Source of the DNA: Mobula hypostoma | Lineage: Eukaryota | Assembly: GCF_963921235.1 (NCBI RefSeq) | Contig: NC_086098.1 | Coordinates: 1,302,001 to 1,366,000 of the forward strand | Direction of reading: 5' to 3' | DNA: 64,000 bases | In this document: in pieces, positions 60,475 through 64,000 of the stretch | Layout of the letters: every line of letters begins with the position of its first letter | Numbering within the stretch: position 1 is the stretch's first letter | Program-made: the position numbers and the translations under genes | The notes under the pieces: model-generated | Databases searched by the model: none | Told to the model about the DNA's origin: nothing | The model's input: only the letters and a program-made list of their open reading frames with translations

Positions 60475-61695
60475 AGAGAGAGATGGAAAGGTGAATCAGC
60501 CTGCCTATCAGCGTGTTTACAGATTTGACTCGCAGCTTGTTTTGGTTTAAGCAAGGACACTCACTCACACACAGTCAGTCACAATTTGAGTCAGACATTG
60601 GAAGGAAGCCAGTGACCCAAGGGGGTCACTGGTTGGAACATTTGAGTGCCCACAAGGGTGGGTTGAGCATCGACCCAGCACATCGATAAGTGGCCATCAC
60701 GTTGTGTGATTGGGGTAACCTTGTGGAATCTACCTATGTGTTAACCCTTGACTGGGTGGTAGTTCCCTTTGAAGACGGTACCCCTGTGATAAGTTACTTC
60801 TGGTGATAATTCGTAAGTGGATTTGGAACGACGATGGATAAAACCTACAGTGATTGTTATTCTGTTTTACCAACATGGAACCTGTGAAATACAACATAAA
60901 TGCCTTCTTCCAACATTCACCTTGGATTACAAGTATCTCTCTCACATTGTTTAATCTGTGGATGAACTGAATTTACATACCATACCATCTCAAGATTTTA
61001 AGCCTGGTGCCCCCCACCCCCCAGGCACAATGGTTCGGGAGTTATATTTACACATATGTATACTCATAACACTAACTTTTGATTATTCTTGTTTAAGTTG
61101 CTATATTAAGTAGATACTAATAAAGATAGTGGTTTTCACATCAAAACCAGACCCCAGGCATGGTCTATTGCTCCTGGTTCATTTAAACTGTTATGGGTTA
61201 AGTAACACTATCCTTGCTCTTGATGCTTGTCAAATAAGAAAAAGCTTGCTCATACATGTAAGAAGTTGAAAACTGCAGCAAAATATTCATTGCTTTCCTA
61301 TAAATGGCAGGATACACTTCTTTAACAGAAATCCAGAACTTGTCCAGGGGCGGGTCAGTAAATCTCATCTTGATCAGAGCGCAGCTCACAAAGTTCTTCC
61401 TCTTCTCTCATAGCCAAGTTCTCAGGCTGAACAGAAGATTCAGAAAAAGGTTCCTTCACCCAGTCATACACTTGTGTTGAAAGGGAGACAAAATTCTGTT
61501 CAATTTTGTTCTGCAGTTCTTCCAGGTAGTTTTCAATAAGACTCAATACTTCCCGATTTCTTTCCTAGCTCTCAAGCCCAAGCAGAAGTGGATTTCCTTT
61601 GGCAGCATGATTCAGTTTCCTTTTAGATCTAAGAATCTTGTCACTTGAAGCCAAACACTTTCTCCAGGGCCTTGCGGAGAATTGTTCAACTCATT
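60045..61695 (-). mobile_element. hAT (Charlie/Buster-like) DNA transposon 3' part
   Basis: TIR caggctttctcaacc after an NNNTANNN site (acctagag); LDKFWISVKEVYPAIYRKAMNILLQFSTSYMYEQAFSYLTSIKSK dimerisation domain. Confidence 0.8.
60398..61207 (+). mobile_element. Solo LTR (~810 bp) containing (GA)n at 60441-60483
   Basis: Termini TGTGATGAACC...GGTTAAGTAACA; flanks ctatt/ctatc; interrupts the transposase frame; aataaa near 61119. Confidence 0.7.
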
Positions 61696-61699
61696 TACA

Positions 61700-63080
61700 T
61701 GATGAAAGGGGTCCAGTGAAATACAGACCAGTGAGTCTGACTTCAGTGGTGGGCAAGCTGTTAGAGGAGATCCTGAGAGGCTGGATTTATGAGCATTTGG
61801 AGAGACATAATCTGACTAGGGATAGTCAGCATGGCTTTCTGAAAGGCAGGTCATGCCTTACAAGCCCGATTGAATTCTCTGAGGATGTAAAACACATTGA
61901 TGAAGTGGATGTAGTGTATATGGATTTCAGTAAGGCATTTGATAAGGTTCCCCATTCAAGACTCCTTCAAAAAGTAAGGAGGCATGGGATCTAAGGAGAC
62001 TTTGCTTTGTGGATCCAGAATTGGCTTGCCCACAAAAGGCAAAGAGTGGTTGTAGATGCTTCGTGTTCTGCATGGAGGATGGTGATCAGAGGTGTTCCTC
62101 AGGGATCTGTTCTGGGATGCCTCCCTCTTTGTGATTTTTATAAATGACCTGGATGAAGAAGTAGAAGGGTGGGCTGGTAAGTTTGCTGATGACACAAAGG
62201 TTGGGGGTGTTGTGGATAGACTGGAGGGCTGTCAGAGGTTACAGCGGGACATTGATAGGATGCAGAACTGGGTTGAGAAGTGGCAGAAGGAGTTCAACCC
62301 AGATAAGTGTGAGGTGGGTCATTTTGGTAGGTCAAATATGATGGCAGAATATAGAATTAATGGCAAGACTCTTGGCATTGTGGAGGATCAGAGGGATTTT
62401 GGGGTCCGTGTCTGTAGGGCACTCAAAGCTGCTGTGCAGGTTGGGTGTGTGGTTAAGAAAGCCCATGGTGCATTGGCCTTTATCAACCGTGGGATTGAGT
62501 TCAAGAGCTAAGAGGTAATGTTACAGCTGTATAGGACCCTGGTCAGACCCCACTTGGAGTACTGTGCTCAGTTCTGGTTGCCTCACTACAGGAAGGGTGT
62601 GGAAACCATAGAAAAGGTGCAGAGGAGATTTACAAGGATTTTGCCTGGATTGGGGAGCATGCCTTATGAGAATACGATGAGTGAACTTGGCCTTTTCTTC
62701 TTGGAGCGACGGAGGATAAGAGATGACCTGAAAGAGGTGTATAAGATGATGAGAGGCATTGATCATGTGGATAGTCAGAGGCTTTATCCCAGGGCTGAAG
62801 TGACTAACTTGAAAAGGGATAGTTTTAACGCCCTTAGAAATAGGTATAGGATGTCAGGGGTAAGTTTTTTTTACACAGAGTGGTGAGTGCGTGGAACGCG
62901 CTGCTGGTGACTGTGGTGGAGGCAGATACAATAGGGTCTTTTAAGAAACTCCTGGATAGGTACGAGTTTAGAAAAATAGATGGCTATGGGTAACCCTAGG
63001 TAGTTTCTACAGTAAGTACGTGTTCGGCACAGCATTGTGGGCTGAAGGGCCTGTATTGTGCTGTAGGTTTTCCATGTTTA
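61700..63080 (+). mobile_element. 5'-truncated CR1
   Basis: ORFs 61638..61994, 62092..62511 (FADDTK), 62518..62886. Confidence 0.9.
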
Positions 63081-63171
63081 TATATTGTGATCACTGGTTG
63101 CTAAGAGTTCTTCTACGTTAAGCTCCCTAATCACTTCTGGTTCATTACAAAACACCTAATGCAGAATAGCT

Positions 63172-63510
63172 GATTAAACCAGGGTCTCATAGTGAGATTG
63201 AATTAAACCAGATCCTCAAAATTTACTTAATATTGTGCATAGTCTCTGATTGAGATCAAGTTAAACTACAGTCGTGGATTGACATTAAGTTAAACCAGAG
63301 TGACAGATTGAGATTATGTTAAATCTCAGAGTGAGATTAAGTACAATCAACTCCTCAGAGTGAGATTAAATCAAAACTGATATTCATCGTTTGATTAAAG
63401 GAAACCTGTCTCTGAGCTTGAGATTGAATTAAAGTAGGTCTTCAGAGTGAGATTAAATTAAACCAGAGTATGAGTGACATTGAATTAACCTAAAATCTCA
63501 GGATGTTTGA
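63172..63510 (+). repeat. 29-bp satellite, last array in the window
   Basis: Degenerate monomers. Confidence 0.85.
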
Positions 63511-64000
63511 TAATTTATATTAAATTTAGTAGATTCAATTCAGTGTACACAATGACATATCAGTTACAAAGGGGAGACAGCAGCAGCCTAAGGGTCAGGG
63601 TCACAGGGCATCTCAGCATTATTACAGGGGAAGAGACATGCAGAAATTGTTCAGTATTTCCTCCGCTTTCCACTGGTACATTTACTTGTATCATCTGAAG
63701 GAACTGGATTCTTGTGCATTCACAGCCCTGTACTGCCATCCCACTACAACACAAAGAAGTACAGAATGTTCTAACCGGACGGGGAATCATTAAAGATTGA
63801 TGCTGTTGCTTCACTCATCACTAACAACCCTAATGTCTCCAATTTCAATACTTTATATTTCTCATCATAGGTCAGTTGAAAAGCCACTGAAAAGGTGATG
63901 TAAATAGTTGATTTGTTTTAATTGCTAAGACCATAAAAACAAAAATAGACTGGATGTATTTTACCAGTTGCAGTACAAGAACATAATTCTTTATTTTGAA

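Noticed and set aside
63540..63800. Frame with faint Ig-V-like words (ISSAFHWY, TALYC)
   Set aside because: Spacing is wrong for an Ig fold and there is no leader or recombination signal sequence; unique sequence of unknown nature
1..64000. RT ORFs as prokaryotic retron, DGR or group II intron systems
   Set aside because: All RTs carry CR1, Rex1 or Gypsy motifs with LINE tails or LTRs and are fragmented

Overview
This is eukaryotic, repeat-saturated DNA. It is most likely from a cartilaginous fish, inferred from the CR1, Rex1, V-SINE and Penelope repertoire. No intact host gene is recognisable. From about 19.3 to 63.5 kb the backbone is a degenerate 29-bp satellite (GAGTGAGATTAAATTAAACCAGATCCTCA) broken up by nested insertions. 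These include many CR1 LINE pieces (ORF1 SGNH esterase, APE endonuclease, RT), Rex1/Babar-type LINEs, two decayed Gypsy-type LTR elements, a solo LTR, an L1 5' end, a hAT (Charlie/Buster-like) fragment and a Tc1-like MITE. The main highlights are: (i) a Penelope-like element 3' end with an intact minimal hammerhead ribozyme core, plus short palindromic TSD-flanked derivatives whose fold-back point lies in that ribozyme core; (ii) a HERO-type restriction-like-endonuclease retroelement fragment inside an apparent CR1-HERO-CR1 chimeric insertion; (iii) a 420-bp non-coding RTE-like element with a 17-bp TSD; (iv) satellite polarity switches and a split LTR element that mark a rearrangement. All calls come from reading motifs by eye, and boundaries are approximate unless a TSD is quoted.
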